Shown piece after piece: positions 62,353 to 64,000 of a stretch of 64,000 nucleotides of DNA; the stretch's first letter is position 1, and every line of letters starts with the position of its first letter. Location of the stretch: NCBI GenBank assembly GCA_963727255.1, contig CAVSFC010000002.1, forward strand, positions 32,001 through 96,000. Reading direction: 5' to 3'. This stretch comes from an uncultured bacterium (GTDB lineage: Bacteria > Babelota > Babeliae > Babelales > Vermiphilaceae). The notes beneath the pieces are model-generated. The model saw only the letters and a program-made list of their open reading frames with translations. It was not told the origin of the DNA and made no database searches. The translations under genes and the position numbers were made by a program.

Positions 62353-64000
62353 ACTTCAATCTTTATAACTTTTAAATTACTCGCACTACTGTGTTTCTCT
62401 TTAAATTTTTTTATAAACTCTATGTTGGGATCAACAACCGCACCAATTGGATCAGGATTTGGAATAAGCTCAATACCATTTACTCCAACAAAATAGGTTC
62501 CTTGGCCATGCACAAGAAGCAGTTTATTTATAAGAGCGTTGAGCGCGGGTATATTGTCAAGGGTCAATTGTTTCAAACCCATAATAACTCCAATCCTGGT
62601 GAGCACTGATTTGAGCCCATCCCAGCCTACCGCTCTATCGGCAAAATGCTCCTGAAAATAGATCCATGCCTTTAGGCAATACGCCGATAAATCATTGGTT
62701 TTCAATGCAAGCGCCATATCGCAACAATTCAAACATTTTTTATAACAATCAAGGGCTAAAGTTGGCTTATTCTCTTTAAAAGCATATTGTGCCTTCAAAA
62801 ACGCTATCCATGCTGCCGCAGTGTACGTTTTTGCTATAAAATCTTTTTTTTGATCAAGGTTTTTATCAGAAGTTGCACGTTCCTGAATCCATTTTTCAAA
62901 TTTTTTTTCAAAATCAGTTGCTCGGAATATATGAACCAAAGAATTACTTACTTCCTGAATACCTACGGCTGTCTCACATGCTTGCAGCAACGATCCCAGT
63001 ATACTGTGATCACTCGTGGCTTCCATTTTTCCGCGGATAGCAAAATATACTTCATAAAAAGGAATAATTTTTTTTATCTTTTCATTATTCGTAGCAAGAG
63101 CAAGTACTTGGGCAATATTCTCTTCTTCTTCAAGCATCTTGAGCAATTTTGGATCATCAAGGCATGCTTGCACCATCAAAACTGCCGCATCTACATTCTC
63201 TGGGTTCTTTTTAAGTATATCTGAGGCATATGTATACGATTCAGCACTTTGTTTTTCAGAGCTCAAGTGGCGCGCCATTGTTAACGCAGACCTGGTGTTT
63301 CCCTTTTTTATCAAATCGAGCAATATTGATTTTCCCATCTTCAAATTTTTAGAAATAGCAGGATGCAATTTATTTCCCTCCAAATAAAGCGCACCCAAGA
63401 CACATCCTGCATCAGCATCCCCATTATTATAAGCAGTCTGCAGATCCTTCATGCCTGCATTAATACGTACTTGAGGATATACCTTATCCAATGATGTTAC
63501 AATCTGTAAAAGTCCGCTCAAACGTTTAAATGGCTCTTGAGCTATCTTCTTTTCAGTAATAGCATTCAATTTCTTAATGACATCATCAGCTTCTTCCGAC
63601 ATTGTTTTAAAATGCTGTACCCATCGCGCATATCGAATGCGCTCTTCCAGCATTTGAGCCATATTACAAAATGGAAGGAGTAGTGTATCCATAGCGCTCG
63701 GGTTTTTTTTGTAATCAGGGAACCCTAATTGTGCAATGCGGTCAACAAAAATCCCCACTGCTCCAAACCACCAGCGTGGATTACTCTTGGTTTTAAGGAA
63801 TGCAATTAATGCATCTGCAGTTCCGGATTCAAAAAAATAATTTCTATCTTGAGCGCTTGGGGAGTTATAAGCTAGGGCTTCAATTTCTCGAATCCAATTA
63901 AATAATTTTTCATAATCCTGCGCTTCTGGATTTTCGTTTGCCATTACTAATGTGGTTTTTAAACGAGCCATACGTATCTGAAAATTCTTAGAATCCGCCA
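62349..64000 (-). CDS. Large helical (Sel1/TPR-like) hypothetical protein, 5'-partial
   Basis: Frame is open beyond ATG 63971 to the window end; GDADAGCVLGALYLEG is Sel1-like. Confidence 0.65.
   Translation of the reverse strand, partial: ADSKNFQIRMARLKTTLVMANENPEAQDYEKLFNWIREIEALAYNSPSAQDRNYFFESGTADALIAFLKTKSNPRWWFGAVGIFVDRIAQLGFPDYKKNPSAMDTLLLPFCNMAQMLEERIRYARWVQHFKTMSEEADDVIKKLNAITEKKIAQEPFKRLSGLLQIVTSLDKVYPQVRINAGMKDLQTAYNNGDADAGCVLGALYLEGNKLHPAISKNLKMGKSILLDLIKKGNTRSALTMARHLSSEKQSAESYTYASDILKKNPENVDAAVLMVQACLDDPKLLKMLEEEENIAQVLALATNNEKIKKIIPFYEVYFAIRGKMEATSDHSILGSLLQACETAVGIQEVSNSLVHIFRATDFEKKFEKWIQERATSDKNLDQKKDFIAKTYTAAAWIAFLKAQYAFKENKPTLALDCYKKCLNCCDMALALKTNDLSAYCLKAWIYFQEHFADRAVGWDGLKSVLTRIGVIMGLKQLTLDNIPALNALINKLLLVHGQGTYFVGVNGIELIPNPDPIGAVVDPNIEFIKKFKEKHSSASNLKVIKIEV

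Overview
AT-rich bacterial window, by inference most like a Candidatus Dependentiae/Babelota (TM6) intracellular protist parasite: many signal-peptide proteins, ankyrin arrays and REP-like repeats. 1-11.2 kb: minus-strand cluster of surface-fibre genes. It holds two paralogous delta-60-propeller + Gly-Ser-Thr collagen-like proteins (one of 2111 aa), a propeller protein, a BclA-C/C1q-like protein and a 54-aa mini-paralog of the latter. 11.4-37.3 kb: about 25 glycan-synthesis genes (2 GT6, 3 GT11-like, several GT2/GT-A, GT2-TPR, COLGALT-like, Gmd, a PseB/CapD-like dehydratase, a UER1/NRS-ER-like epimerase-reductase, 8 SAM methyltransferases, a sulfotransferase fragment) plus two EamA/DMT transporters. 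The standout observation is that essentially every enzyme of this cluster, including normally cytosolic NAD(P)- and SAM-dependent ones, starts with a Sec-type signal peptide. This suggests an extracytoplasmic, Golgi-like glycosylation system acting on the Ser/Thr collagen fibres. 37.4-64 kb: five tRNAs, nested REP-like repeats, HIT, PilC/GspF, DUF167, a thioredoxin-ankyrin fusion, Fic with a striking operator-like array, Dps, an AbrB/MazF-like TA pair, a secreted carotenoid oxygenase, an ankyrin array, a Cache-only protein, YccA, trxA, cysS, bamA, ftsL-like and ftsI-like genes. Many single-base frameshifts, even in bamA and ftsI, are probably assembly indels. All family calls come from motif recognition by eye; no database search was run.
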